This document shows, piece by piece, positions 12,316-25,966 of a stretch of DNA of 64,000 nt. Position 1 is the stretch's first letter. Every line of letters starts with the position of its first letter. Location: assembly GCA_951406725.2 (NCBI GenBank), contig OX597814.1:5952001-6016000 (forward strand), written 5' to 3'. Origin of the DNA: Octopus vulgaris (taxonomy: Eukaryota). The notes beneath the pieces were generated by a model that had not been told where the DNA came from, did no database searches, and was given only the letters and a program-made list of their open reading frames with translations. Position numbers and translations under genes: made by a program.

Positions 12316-13127
12316 GTGAGAATATTGAAGTTCACTATTTCAATAGAATTTAAATGTTGGACAATGAACCAAAGTGTTTAGAGATCGGATTCAGTATGAA
12401 TCCTGAACTCATCATCATCATCATCATCATCATCATCGTTTAACGTCCACTTTCCATGCTAGCATGGGTTGGACGATTTTGACTGAGGGCTGGCGAACCA
12501 GAAGGCTGCACCAGGCTCCAATCTTGATTTGGCAGAGTTTCTACAGCTGGATGCCCTTCCTAACGCCAACCACTCCGAGAGTGTAGAGGGTGCTTTTACG
12601 TGCCACTGGCATGGGGCCAGTCAGGCGGTACTGGCAACGACCTCGCTCTAATCTTTTTGCACATGACACCGGCACAAGTGCCAGTAAGGCAATGTTGGTA
12701 ATGATCCCGCTCAAGTGGTGCCCTTCTACGTGCCACCGGCACGGAAGCCAGTTGGCTGCTCTGGCAATGATCACACTCGGATGGTGCTCTTGGCACCCTA
12801 CTAGCACGGGTGCAAGTGCCAGTAGGGCGACGCTGGTAATGATCACACTCGAATGGTGCCATTCTATGTGCCACTGGCACTGAATGAAGAGAGTTTCTAA
12901 CAAAAGTGAGAACACAAAGGCCTATCTTCAGAAGGATACAGCCAATGGAATGTGTATCTCCGTAAGTCCTGCCATTTTTGCATAACTGGATGGGCACAGA
13001 TTAATTGATATCCATCTGAAGATGGGCCTTTGAGCTTGAAACATAGAAACATACAGAGCTTTTCCAACATTTATCTCTGCTTTGTTTAGAAGCATTCTCC
13101 ATTTCCCTTATCACCTTTACTTTGTGC

Positions 13128-13155
13128 GCACACACACACACACACTCACACCCCC

Positions 13156-13189
<34 letters not shown>

Positions 13190-13250
13190 ACACTCAAACA
13201 CACTCACGCATATACACACACACACACTCACACACACTCACACACACACA

Positions 13251-13294
<44 letters not shown>

Positions 13295-13592
13295 CACACA
13301 CTCACACACCCTCACATACACACACACACACACACTCACACACATACACACTCACACACACACACACACACACACACCCTCACATACACACACACACACA
13401 CACACACTCACACACACACACTCACACACATACACACTCACACACACACACACTCACACACTCACACACACACACTCACACACACTCACATACACACACA
13501 CTCACACACACTCACACACACCCTCACTCACACACACTCACACACACACTCACACACACACACACACTCACACACACACACTCACACACCCT

Positions 13593-13635
<43 letters not shown>

Positions 13636-13686
13636 ACACACACGCACTCACACACAAACACTCACACACACATACACACACACACT
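13128..13686. repeat. Compound (CA)n/(CACT) microsatellite
   Basis: About 560 nt of CA repeat ending 40 nt before the MAM exon acceptor. Confidence 0.95.
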
Positions 13687-13727
13687 TGCACATCTTGTAA
13701 ATTCTTCTCGCCTCTCTATCTTGCTAG

Positions 13728-13975
13728 GTTACTTCCTGTATTCCGAAGCTTCATTAAATGCTGGGTCTGTTGCGAAAATCAGGACGCCAACTCTAAAGGC
13801 AGGCGTTCACTGTTTGTCATTCTGGTACCACATGTATGGCCACAACATGGGCTCGCTTTCTGTCAACGAATTAGTGAAGGGCAAAACACTGACAAAACTG
13901 TTTACAAAATCTGGGAACCAAGGAAACAAATGGATCAATGGGAGAATCTCTTTTACTGCTACTGAGGACACAAAA
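13728..13975 (+). CDS. Astacin-MAM gene A, MAM domain exon 2
   Basis: Acceptor gctAG (13726-13727), donor aaa|GTAAGT (13976). Encodes GYFLYSEASLNAGSVAKIRTPTLKAGVHCLSFWYHMYGHNMGSLSV...SGNQGNKWINGRISFTATEDTK, with the MAM motifs CLxFwYhMyG and GNQGNxW. Phase 1 to 0. Confidence 0.95.
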
Positions 13976-14133
13976 GTAAGTTACTATTCCTCAAGTTACG
14001 TACATACACACACTCACACACATGTATACATATATACATGCATACATACGTATATACATATATGCATATATACATATATACATGCATACATACGTATATA
14101 CATACATGCATATATACATATATACATACATGC

Positions 14134-14166
<33 letters not shown>

Positions 14167-14245
14167 AGAAAAATAAATCTCATTATAAACAACATGGACC
14201 CATTTTCTTCTTAAGAAAAAATATATTTTCATATAAATTAAACAT

Positions 14246-14282
14246 TGTATCATGAATAGCGATTGCGAAACCGGTCGATACA
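14246..14282 (+). ncRNA. Minimal type I hammerhead ribozyme fold, A3:U8 core variant
   Basis: TGTATC-ATGAATA-GC(GATT)GC-GAAA-CCGG-TC-GATACA: 6-bp helix I, 2-bp helix II, palindromic helix III, GUC triplet. Confidence 0.7.
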
Positions 14283-14398
14283 TTAAAAATGATACTATAA
14301 CCATGTAAGTGTGCGTATTTTCTGTTTTTATTTTTCTTATATACATTACAATCCACCACGTGGGAACAACCGAAATTCCTCTTTTCTGTTACTACTAC

Positions 14399-14451
<53 letters not shown>

Positions 14452-14717
14452 GGTGCAGGAGTGGCTGTGTGGTAAGTAGCTTGCTTCCCAACCACATGGT
14501 TCCGGGTTCAGTCCCACTGCATGGCACCTTGGGCAAGTGTCTTCTACTATAGCCTGAGGCCGACCAAAGCCTTATGAGTGGATTTGGTAGACAAAAACTG
14601 TATGTGTGTGTATGTGTGTGTGTGAGTGAGTGTGTGTGTGTATGTGTGTGTGCACATTTGCATGCATGAGTATGTATGTATATATAAGCATAACATATAT
14701 ATATATATGTATATATT

Positions 14718-14753
<36 letters not shown>

Positions 14754-14958
14754 AATGTATGTATATTTTTTCAGTGAGTACAAATAACAAGGGAAAAACA
14801 AATAAATAGTTACCATGGTAGCAAAAATTGACATAAATGCCAAGGATATTACACCCTACTCATAAAGGCGGAAATTCCAGGGTAAAGTGAAATATTTTTC
14901 TATAACACGATTAATTAAGAAATGGAATCAAATGCAGGTGTTATTCAAATCATTTATA

Positions 14959-15047
14959 CTTACAACATATGTTTCAAAAAAAGCATTGATATTATTCCGG
15001 AAGGAATAAAAATGATGTAAAACAATGCAATCACCTCATCAGGGAAA
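14959..15047 (-). ncRNA. Type I hammerhead motif (family shared with 27496 and 53551), helix II decayed
   Basis: TTTCC-CTGATGA-ggtga...tttt-GAAA-CATATG-TT-GTAAG; lies about 180 nt from the PLE RT fragment. Confidence 0.55.
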
Positions 15048-15226
15048 AAAAACAAAATATATCAATAAGCCGTTTTAACCGAATGTGATTACTGCGTACG
15101 TAAGTGTATGATGTAAGAAGAACGCTAGGAAGTTATGTTTTAAAAAACCATTTATAGATTTAATGTCAAAGGTAATTTAGCGAAAGAGAAGGAGGAGAAA
15201 GAAAGAAATTAACAGAAAATTAAGAG

Positions 15227-15755
15227 TTGGAAAATATTAAATTTGAAAATAAGCTATGGGTCTGTAAATACACACCTAATAATTTTGATATTATGATGGG
15301 AAATTCTGGCTCAGCACAACTGGTTGATTTGGTATGTATATCCTTTATGAGATGGCTGACCAATTCCCAAACATCAGTGGATGTTTATATCGAGATGATT
15401 GTCTACTCTACCTTCAAAATGCTTCTAGCCAAAAATTAGAAAGGGTTACAAATAGCTTCGTTAAATTTTTCCAAATCATGGGCTTAAGCATTGTTTTTGA
15501 CGATGGTGTAACTAAAGCCAACTTTTTGGATATTTCCCTCAACTTATATAATGATTCATATTTCCCATACCACAAACCCTCAACTAATTTAAAATAGATT
15601 AACTCTTTCAGTAATCAACTGAAGACTCTTACAAGAATCTTAGAAATTTCCACTTTCTAGATTATCTCTAAATGTTGATATTTTTAACGATAAAGCCAAA
15701 TTTTATAACTGTGCTTTACTTAAAGCAGGCTATAAAGAAAAAAATTACATATATC
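15227..15755 (+). mobile_element. Penelope-like element RT fragment
   Basis: FDIMMGNSGSAQLVDLV / YILYEM...LYRDDCLL...NFLDISLNL...PYHKP matches the PLE RT pattern FDVTMGSxDGAEvcELVG...LYRDDGL...NFLDV. Confidence 0.85.
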
Positions 15756-16473
15756 GACCATATTGACATATCAGAAATATGGAAAGCGGACGTTATGTTC
15801 TAGCATGGGTTGGACGATTTTGACTGAGGGCTGGTAAACCAGATGGCTGCACCAGGCTCCAATCTTGATCTGGCAGAGTTTCTACAGCTGGATGCTCTTC
15901 CTAACGCCATATATATCATCATCATCATCATCATCATCATTGTTTAACGTCCACCTTCCATGCTAGCATGGGTGATATATATATATCATTCAACTATTAA
16001 CGGAGTCGAATAATATTGTTAAGGCCGTAATTTACTCACAAGCAGCATCTTCAGAACTTTGGTCGTTAATTCAGTTCTTAACCAAATTGAAAACTGTTAA
16101 CATTTTTGCAGAGGACTGGTCCCTAGCTAAATTTTGGCATAAAAAGAATTGAGATTTGGTCCAGTAGAAAAAAAGTTTACATCAAAATTTGTAGTAACAC
16201 CACCAATCAAGTTTAGATCTAAATAACTTTTAATTTAAAAGCAAAATATACTTATCTTAGCTTCAATGACAGAAGAAAGCATGAAGAATTTCATAGTTTT
16301 GGTCCCATGCAACAAAAATTTATATCAAAAATGTTGTGACATAAAATATGAAAAAATATTGGGTTTAAGTAGCGGAATGTGACTGGGCTAAAATGTTTTG
16401 CTAACCCAACACCCTCACCTGAAACTCAAAATGTTTGGTTGCTTATTAAATTCTTTAATTTATTTCTCCACAG

Positions 16474-16554
16474 ATTGAATTTGAAAGCACCGTTGGTTCA
16501 GTGCAGAGTGACATTGCTATCGATGATGTGATGGTGCTTGATGCGAAATGCTGA
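16474..16554 (+). CDS. Astacin-MAM gene A, terminal coding exon
   Basis: Acceptor ctccacAG (16472-16473). Encodes IEFESTVGSVQSDIAIDDVMVLDAKC then TGA (16552-16554), the MAM C-terminal DIAIDD...C motif. Phase 0 matches. Confidence 0.95.
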   Translation: MEFESTVGSVQSDIAIDDVMVLDAKC

Positions 16555-16715
16555 CAAACTGTCTTGGTACAAATTCTTCAAAATCACCAGAACACACCTT
16601 TACCTCAAAAACTGGAAATCCTTTAACATTTGTTTCTGTTTGTTGTACGGGTTTAGGTCATTCAGTATGTATACATGTATACATCTATCTACACCTGCAC
16701 ACACAAAAACACATG

Positions 16716-16762
<47 letters not shown>

Positions 16763-16781
16763 CCATTCTTATTTTTGTTGT

Positions 16782-16787
16782 AATAAA
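16782..16787 (+). terminator. Candidate polyadenylation signal of gene A
   Basis: AATAAA about 230 nt after the stop, followed by a GT/T-rich tract. Another AATAAA lies near 16985. Confidence 0.4.
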
Positions 16788-17042
16788 CCTAAACCCCATT
16801 CCATGTTTTGTTGTTTTATTTGCATATTTTGTCTATTAAAAATAGTTTTAGCAATGAATGTTTTATGTAAAATCCTCCATAAAACACGGTTGTCTTTAAT
16901 CGTAAAGTTGAAATGAAATTTTTTTTAAAATTACTTAAATATTAAAATTCCTATTTTCATTACTTTTGTAAAATTACAACTTTTAATAAACTTCCTTTGT
17001 AGCATTATCAGTAATACAATATGATAAAATATTTTTCTCATT

Positions 17043-17106
<64 letters not shown>

Positions 17107-17137
17107 CTTCTATCTATCTATCTATCTATCTACCTAC

Positions 17138-17199
<62 letters not shown>

Positions 17200-17266
17200 C
17201 TATTTATCTATCTATCTATCGATCTGTCTGTCTGTCTATCTGTCTATCTATCTATCTATCTATCTA

Positions 17267-17350
<84 letters not shown>

Positions 17351-17410
17351 TCTATCTCTCTGTGTCTGTCTATCTATCTATCAATCTGTGTGTCTGTCTG
17401 TCTGTCTGCC
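17043..17410. repeat. (TATC)n/(TGTC)n microsatellite
   Basis: Directly visible. Confidence 0.95.
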
Positions 17411-18194
17411 GTATCTGTATATATAAAGGGAAGATAACACTGACAATCTTCTCAGACCACAACATGGTAGAACTGACGATGTATGGTCCAAAGCCAATTA
17501 ATGATGTATTCCATACAGATGGCACCTAAACTCTGTCCAGTCTGAACATCTACAAGTCTGACTGAAAAACCGATTATCCAGCAAAATTGGCCCCAAAGTC
17601 CCTCTATGCAAGACATTGATATGAAACTTAAAGAATCCATATCAATAATGCTTAGCGACATTTCATCTGTTGCTATGTTCTGAGTTCAAATTCTGCCAAG
17701 GTCGACTTTGTCTTTCATCCTTTCAGGGTTGATAAATTAAGTACCAGTTATGCACTGGGGTCGATGTAATAGTCTGGTCTCCTCCTGCCAAAATTTCCGG
17801 CCTTGTGCCTATAGTAGAAAGGATTATTTCTCCTTGGTCATATTAGCTGGGAACAGTGTCTGAGTGAGCTAACCATGTTGTTTTTATATTATTTGTTCCT
17901 TCTCAAGCCATGCCTGGCTCACAAGGGCCGGTTTCCCAGTTTCTTTGACATATAGGTTCCCCACCTGGATGGGACACCGGCCTATCACAGGTGAGCTGTA
18001 AGATGCAGGAGGAAAGAGTGAGAGAAAGTTGTAGCGAAAGAGACTACAGAAGTCCCGCCATTACCTTCTGCTGGAGCCACATGAAGCTTAGGTGTTTCAC
18101 TCATAAACACACACGCATCGCCCCGTCTGATATTTGAACCCACGATCCCTCGACCGCAAGTCCGCTGCTCTAACCACTAGGCCATGTGCCTCCA

Positions 18195-20944
18195 TGAGCT
18201 CACCATGGAATGTTCATAGTCTGTTTCATTTGAATTGGGGTTCATGCATACTGTCTCTATTTCTCTTTCCAATCTTCTTGACAGAATGTCGTTCCTCTGT
18301 TCTCTTTCAAACATTTAATTTTGGAGAGTGTAGCACCATTGCTTTTCAGAACTTTGGGTCATCTCTTGACCATTTGTAAAACAGAAAGATTTTGTGCTTT
18401 CCTTCACCATACATTTCTAGATAATTTCTCAGTGGAATCTTGCACAATTCCTCTTGTCGGATCTGTTGTCTATGGATTCTTGCACACAGGTTGTGGGAAT
18501 TGTTTGTTTCATTCTTGAATTTTATGTGGAAACCACTTTCTAAATACTTGAAGTTGTTGTCGTTGCATGTTCCACGTCTGTTATCTTCACATTCTTTTAT
18601 GGAAAATTCTGATTCATTCTCTGATGTGAATTTTGCTCTTGTGTGGTGTATTTTGAGATTTTTTGGTTGGCATCTACTGTTTCATAAGGGGGTTTTATTA
18701 ATCAGATTTTTCATTTTGGGGCTTTTTGGAATATAGGTAGGTTTGATTTTATTGTGTGAAAGATTTTGGCCCTTCAGGATTGTGCATATTGATAAATGGA
18801 ATCGTGTGTTCATTACTTTTTTCCTTTGATGTCCTTGGTTGTGTGGTGTTCAGCTTCTTTACCTTTTTGATTCCATCATTTATTAATTCTAAGGGGCATT
18901 TCTGTTTTGTTAGGAAACCCTTGAGTTTGTTGAGTCAGATTTGGTGTATTTTGGGGTCAATCAGTGCAGATACATCTTGCCATGGGATATTCCTTTTGAT
19001 GTGTGAGGGATTGCAAGAGTAGAAATTCAAATATTGGTGTGTGTTGGTTTTCTTGTAAAATATGTCTGTTGTGACTGTGGAGTGTGTGTATTTTTACGTG
19101 GATATTCATTGCACCTGGATTCTATTGTGAATTTGATGGATGGGTGAATTGTGTTGAGTATATTATTAAATATTTGTAGGTCCTCGTCTGATTTTGCTCC
19201 AAAAGGTGAAGCAGTCATCCAGGAAGCATTTCTTGCAATCATGAGTAAAAGCTCTCTTCCAAGTATCTCATGACTAGGTTAGCATATGATGGTGCAAACC
19301 GCATCCCCATGGCCATGCCCTTTATCTGTCGATGTGTTTTATTATCGAATCTAACAGTGTTTTCTTGTAGTATTAGGTGTGTGGCCTTAGTGATGAAGTC
19401 AGTTTTGAAGCATTCCTTTATCCGTCCTCTATGTTTCTCTGCCCAGTGTTTGACTGCTTCCAGGATCAAAGTGTGAGGTATATTGGTATAAAGATTGGTG
19501 ACATCAAAACTTGTTTGGTACCTTCTGGGACAGTAAGTGGAATGTGCTGGAGGAATTCTATACCATCCTATACATAGCTGGGTTTTAATGGGCATAAAGC
19601 TTTTAGGATTATATCCAAAAGATGACTCAGTTTGATGTCTGTAGGTCTTAGTATTTTTATGTATTAGCCCCTCTGTTCATTTATAGATCTCCGTATTTTG
19701 GAGCTTTTGCAGATTTTGAGGGAATCCGTAGAAATTGCTCTCTTTGATTACAGAGTTCCTTATATAATCTTTCCCCTTGTCTGTAAAGGAATCTTGGAAT
19801 TCATTGATTAGTTTTCTGATTTTATTCATTATTCTTTTTCCTGAGTGTCTTGGTTCTTCCTTGCTGTAGGTTTGCTTTGTTAACATTCCCAATATTTTAT
19901 CTTTATAACAGTCCTTGTCCATGATTACTATCCCCCCCCCATATCGACTTCTTTTAGGATGATTGAATTGTCGTTCTTCAGTGTTAGTAAGGCTTCCTTT
20001 CCTTCTTCATGAAGGTTTTATTTGCATTTATGGGAACTAAGGGGAAATTTCAAAATTGTGTCTGTATAAGCATCTAAATGGTTATCATTCCCCTTGTTAT
20101 CATTCCCCATTCTAAATGGTTATCATTCCCAAAAGGCAGTGAGCTGGTAGAAATGTTAGCATGCCGGGCGAAATGCTTAGTGGTATTGCGTCTGCGTTAC
20201 ATTCTGAGTTCAAATCCTGCCAAGGTCGACTTTGCCTTTCATCCTTTCGGGGTCGATTAAATAAGTACCAGTTATGCACTGGGGTCGTTGTAATCGACTT
20301 AATACCTATGTCTCTCCTTGTTTGTCCCCTCTGTGTTTAGCCCCTTTGTGGGTAATAAAGAAATAGGTTATCATTCCCCTTGTAGGGGGTGAAATGGGAT
20401 TTATTTCTGATAATTGATTCATTATTTATATCCTTATTGCTGAAGAATTCTATAAGTGAGAGGTAGCAGTTAAAATGTTCAATATCAGCTTTGAGTTCAA
20501 TGAGATTTGGGTTGGGAGTCAGAGTAAATTTGAAACCTTTCAATAGGAGATTCATCTTTTTCTTGTTGAGGTTTCTTTTTGACAAATCTTTGATCTTTCG
20601 GCCTATATGTTCTGTGTGTGTCGGGTCCGGTGTGTGATTGTGGGATTTTCTCCCTAAAAAACGAATTGCTTCTCTGTTTTACCATTTTTTGTTTCCTGGA
20701 TTCTTGTGAGGGGATGGTTTATGTTCTTTGTATTTCATTGTCTATACATTTTGTTTTCTTCCCATCTTCTATGTTCATTGGGCCATTCAGGATGTCTGGG
20801 ATTGTTGGTTGTAAATCATGGCTTTCTTGAGTTTCCATGACGATTCTTCATATTATGGTTTCTGTGTTGTCTACATTTTACTTGTCTTTCTTTCCATGTA
20901 TTCATCCATCTGGGTTATTTGGCATTATGGGTTGATGGTTGTCT

Positions 20945-20945
<1 letters not shown>
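18195..20945 (-). mobile_element. Long decayed Penelope-like element (N-terminal region, RT, GIY-YIG) of a second PLE lineage, interrupted by a SINE
   Basis: LLKGFKFTLTPN, MDKDCYKDKI, SFDVTNLYTNIPH, GMAMGMRFAPSYANLVM, LNTIHPSIKFTIE and a C-terminal IHRQQI; many stops and frameshifts. Confidence 0.85.
20131..20365 (+). mobile_element. tRNA-derived SINE family B with 13-bp target-site duplication
   Basis: ggcagtgagctggtagaaatgttagc...ttctgagttcaaatcc...gcctttcatcctttcggggtcga, flanked by GGTTATCATTCCC at 20118-20130 and 20366-20378. Other copies near 7885-8040 (-), 24897-25128, 36222-36445, 45300-45522, 57150-57365, 57802-58022 and 63560-63710. Confidence 0.85.
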
Positions 20946-20991
<46 letters not shown>

Positions 20992-21249
20992 CATACATAA
21001 TAATACATACATACATACATAATAATACATACATACATACATACACACACACATACATACATACATACACAAACACACATACATACATACATACATACAT
21101 ACATAATAATACATACATACATACATTCATACATACATACATACATACATACATACATACATACACACATACATACATACATACAAACATACATACATAC
21201 AAGATTAACCTATCAACAGTCATATTCCAGGGTGATTAATTTGTCTGTA

Positions 21250-21750
21250 ATGTTTGAAATGTTTATCAGTCCTGTTAACAAAATGCCAAGGTTGCATGCT
21301 GGGATATGCAGAAAAGAATAAGGCTAATGTTACCCACACAGTTTTTGCTGATGATCTAAATTTGTATTCTGGCAATATGACCAAAATCAAGGAACAGTTA
21401 GAACAAGTCACAACATTCTCAACAGATACAGAAATGGTGTTTGGGCAAGATAAATGCTCATACATGATAGTCAACCAAAGAATGATTGTCATCCAGGCAG
21501 AAAACATGTGCATCAATGGTTTGTCTATTTCCTCTATCTTTAATGATGAAAGCTACAAGTACCTTGGAATCGATTGGGATGTTGCATACATTGATGCTGT
21601 GACTAAAGCCAAAATAATAAAAGACTACTTCTGTAGACTCCAGAAGATATGGAACTCAGAGCTGCCTGCATTTAATATCTCACAATGTTTTTCCAATACC
21701 AGTGTCAGTGCTAACATTTGGGATATTGGACTGGACACTCGATGAGATAT
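21250..21750 (+). mobile_element. RT fragment of an RLE-type (R4-like) LINE
   Basis: VTHTVFADDLNLYS...MVFGQDKC...YKYLGI...IWNSEL, collinear with motifs in the 8139 element. Confidence 0.75.
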
Positions 21751-21809
21751 GCAGCCGGGGCACTTTTGAAAAATCCACCCCATGCTATAATGTTGCATTA
21801 GAAAGGTGA

Positions 21810-23075
21810 AACTTCAAGAATAGAATAAACTACATTGAACCAAATACAGATAGACCAAGAAGACACAGACAGAAGAAAATCTTATGGTTTAACCCACCTT
21901 ATAGCATGAATGTAGCCACTACTATGCCTAGAAAATTCTTAAAATTAATAGACAATCACTTCCTACATTAACACAAATACCACAAGATCTTCAACAGCAA
22001 CACTGTTAAAGTTAACTATAATTGCTTCCCCAATATAGGGTCAATAATACTCAACCACAACAAAAATAAACACACCAGAAATACCCCCAAAATCGATGTA
22101 ACTGTAGATCTCCAAATTGCTGTTTAGAGAACAGCAACTGTTTGGAAAAAGAAATTATATACATGGCAAAAATTATGGACCCCAATGGAGTAACAAAGAT
22201 GTATATCAGAATGAGGGGCAACTTGTTCAATGAAAGGTATACACAACACCTGGCCTCATTCAGGGACAAAAATAATAAAGACATGCAGCTTCCCTATCAA
22301 ATATGATATGGACATTGAAAGAAGGGAGAATAAGTAACCCCAAATAAACTGGAACATCATTGCTAAAGCCAGAAAATACAAATGAGGAACCAAATGTGAA
22401 CTCTGTATCACTGAAAAACTAACCATCATACTGTCAATAGATAACACCCTTAATATTAGGGGTGAAATCGTCTCTCCCTGCATATATAAGCAATATATCA
22501 CACTTAGACACTTCAAAGAGGAACCACCACCCGTGCCACTAACCTCACAAAGATAGTTGAATATATACAAAGAAATTGAATATATACAACACACAAAGCC
22601 CACATATAGACGAAACATGTTCACATGATGAACTACCTCAATACACAAACATACAAACATCACATATACTCAAAATATAATATAATACAAACAATTTACA
22701 ATCCAACATGACTGTTTTCCCCCCATAATCAAATCCAATGGAGATAACCACTCAAAAGGTGTCATCCAAGAGTAGCGCCCCCTTGATATATTGTTTTCTT
22801 TACAAGACTTTCTGCAAATTCATGAGACTTTGTGTTTTCATCCAAAATGGAGATGAACACTATCGGCTTGAAATATTGTTAAGATATTAAGATATTTTTT
22901 AACATGAATAATTGAACAATTCACACCTTATGTTAATGAGTCAAATAAATGTAAGCTCTGTTTAGCTGAAAGAACTCAGATCTTTCTCAGATCTAAGGCC
23001 CATAACTAACTACTGAACTTTAGGTCTGAAATGTTCAGCAGTTGTAAACATACATCTAAGAACATTTTGAAAATT
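21810..23075 (+). mobile_element. Penelope-like element 3' region (linker and GIY-YIG) plus a second short GIY-YIG-end fragment
   Basis: KKILWFNPPYSMNVAT, HKIFNSNTVKVNYNCFPNI, CNCR...NCLEKEIIY and KCELCITEKL (21870-22500); NKCKLCLAERTQI...CKH (22930-23060). Confidence 0.8.
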
Positions 23076-24006
23076 TGAAAAATTTCATCTACACCTGATT
23101 AACTTGTTGATATCTTTCCAGCCTTATAATTTAAGGTTTAAGGAGGATAACTCTTTTACCATTTTTACTTTTTACTCTTTCGATTTCCATTTTTTAACCT
23201 TTCACATTTTTTATATGCTTCCTTCTCAACTATTAGTTGCACATAAAAACATGCATTGTGTCTATCACTCTGAAAGCAGCCATAGACGTCTTCTAGTAAC
23301 ATGGAACCTCGTACAACCTGTTACATGGTCAGATTGTTGGCAACTAAAGCAGCACCCCCACCAGGATATTCTGGTGGGGAGGATTGCTAGAAACCTGGCA
23401 GGACTAAAAACAAGAGCTGCATTATGAGATCTAGTTGGGTTTTCTCAGGCGATATGTAAATATTGTCTCCATAAGTTCAAATTCTTGGCTTCAAGAGTAT
23501 CCTCGCTGTCTGTCGTGGTCTGAAGTTAATAGTAACCACAGAATTTATCAATTTTTGACTCCAATTTTTCCAATTATCTATTCACACACAACAGAAGCCC
23601 AAACACAAACCTGGAAGTATGTATAATACTACTGCTGGATAGCAAAGGGAGAAATCTGAAGGTGGACGAGCTTTATACTGTACTCTACTATGTCCTTAAC
23701 AGAATATACCATCCACAACTGTATCATCATCATCATCGTTTAGCGTCCGCTTTCCATGCTAGTATGGGTTGGACGGTTCAACTGGGGTCTGGGAAGCCAG
23801 AAGGCTGCACCAGGCCCAGTCTGATCTGGCAATGTTTCTACGGCTGGATGCCCTTCCTAACGCCAACCACTCCGTGAGTGTAGTGGGTGCTTTCATGTTT
23901 ATATGCTTTCATGTATATAAACATTTGTATATTTTTTGTATTAAATGTATTTAATATTTTTTGTATATCAACTTTCCTAACTTGCTTATCCTTACATTTT
24001 CTCCTA

Positions 24007-24170
<164 letters not shown>

Positions 24171-24205
24171 TGTGTGTGCGTGTGTGTGTGTATGTGTGAG
24201 TGTGT

Positions 24206-24257
<52 letters not shown>

Positions 24258-24493
24258 ACGTGAGTGTCTTGGTGCCGTTGTTTGTCTCCTGCCACCACTT
24301 GACAGCTGGTGTTGGTTGGTTTACGTCCCCCATAACTTAGCAGTTCAAGAAAAGAGACAGAAAGAATAAGTACCAGACTTACAAAAATGTCCTGAGAGGA
24401 ATTTGTTTGACTAAAACTTTTCAAGGCAGTGCCCCAGCATGGCCACAGTCTAATGACCAAAACAAGTATAAGATAAAAGATCTGAGCTGTTCT

Positions 24494-24540
<47 letters not shown>

Positions 24541-25966
24541 CATCATTGTCATCGTCATCACCATCACCATTATCGTCATTTAACATCCGTTTTCCATGCT
24601 GGCGTGGGTTGGATGGTTTGACTGGGGACTGGCAAGCCAGGAGACTGCACCAGGCTCTGATCTGGCAGAGTTTCTACAGCTGGATGCCCTTCCTAATGCC
24701 AACCACTCTGAGAGTGTAGTGGGTGCTTTTTATGTGCCACTGGCACAGGAGCCAGACGGGACAAGGGGGCTGGCATCAACCACATTTGGATGGTGCCTTT
24801 CACATTCAGATATTGTAGATATTTAAAAGCAATGGCATATTGAGGGAATGACTTGTTGGGTGGTAATAGTATTAATCTATGACAGAATTGTATTAAGGTG
24901 GTGCGATGGCAGAACCGTTAGCAAGCCGGACGAAATGCGAAGCCGTATTTCGTCTGCCGCTACATTCTGAGTTCAAATTCCACCAAGGTCAACTTTGCCT
25001 TTCATCCTTTCAGGGTCGATAAAATAAGTACCAGTTACGCACTGGGGTCGATGTAATCGACTTAATCCCTCTGTCTATCCTTGTGTGTCCCCTCTATGTT
25101 TAGCCCCTTGTGGGCAGTAAAGAAATAAGAATTGTATGACAGAATTGAAAGACATACATCTTACAAGTTGTTATATAATTTCCCAGCTTTCTTAGATTTT
25201 TTTTGTTTTGATTTTGTTCTGTAAAATATTTTATTCTGACTTTGTGTTTGACAAATATTTAAATCAGCAGGTTTCTTGAGAAATGATAAAAGCAAAGTAT
25301 TCTTCAGATTAATTAATCTCGACTATTATCTCTGACAAAATGTCTGTCATTGATTAAGTGAAACAACAACCCGGCGACAGTTGTGGATTCTCTCACATTT
25401 GTCACATCAGATTAAATATAGTTAAAGTGAATTAAAAATGAATTAAAAATAGAAATATTAATTTGGTTTTGGTTTCATCTAAATCTATCACATCTTTTAC
25501 AACCATTCTTTAAGTAAACTTTGACTTAACTCTTTCCTGTGCCGGTGGCACCTAAAAAGCACCATCCATATGTAGCTGATGCCAGCGCCGCCTTGACAGC
25601 CTCCCCTGGCACCTGTGCCAGTGGCTGTAAAAAGCACCATCCGTGCTGTAAAAAGCACCATCTGTACGTGGTCGATGCCAGTGCCACCTTGACTGGCTTC
25701 CGTGCCAGTGGCATGTAAAAAGCACCAACCGATTTTGGACATTGCCAGCCTCCCCTGGCACCTGTGCCAGTGGCACGTAAAAATCACCCACTACACTCAC
25801 GGAGTTGTTGGAATTAGGAATGGCATCCAGCTGTAGAAACTCTGCCAGATCAAGATTGGAGCCTGGTGCAGCCTCCTGGTTTCCCAGACCCCGGTCGAAC
25901 CCTCCAACCCATGCTAGCATGGAAAACAGACATTAAACGATGATGATGATGATGATGAGGATGAGT

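Noticed and set aside
23265-23400. Hairpin plus GAAAC downstream of a PLE fragment
   Set aside because: The core (ctaaagc) is too degenerate and there is no helix I.
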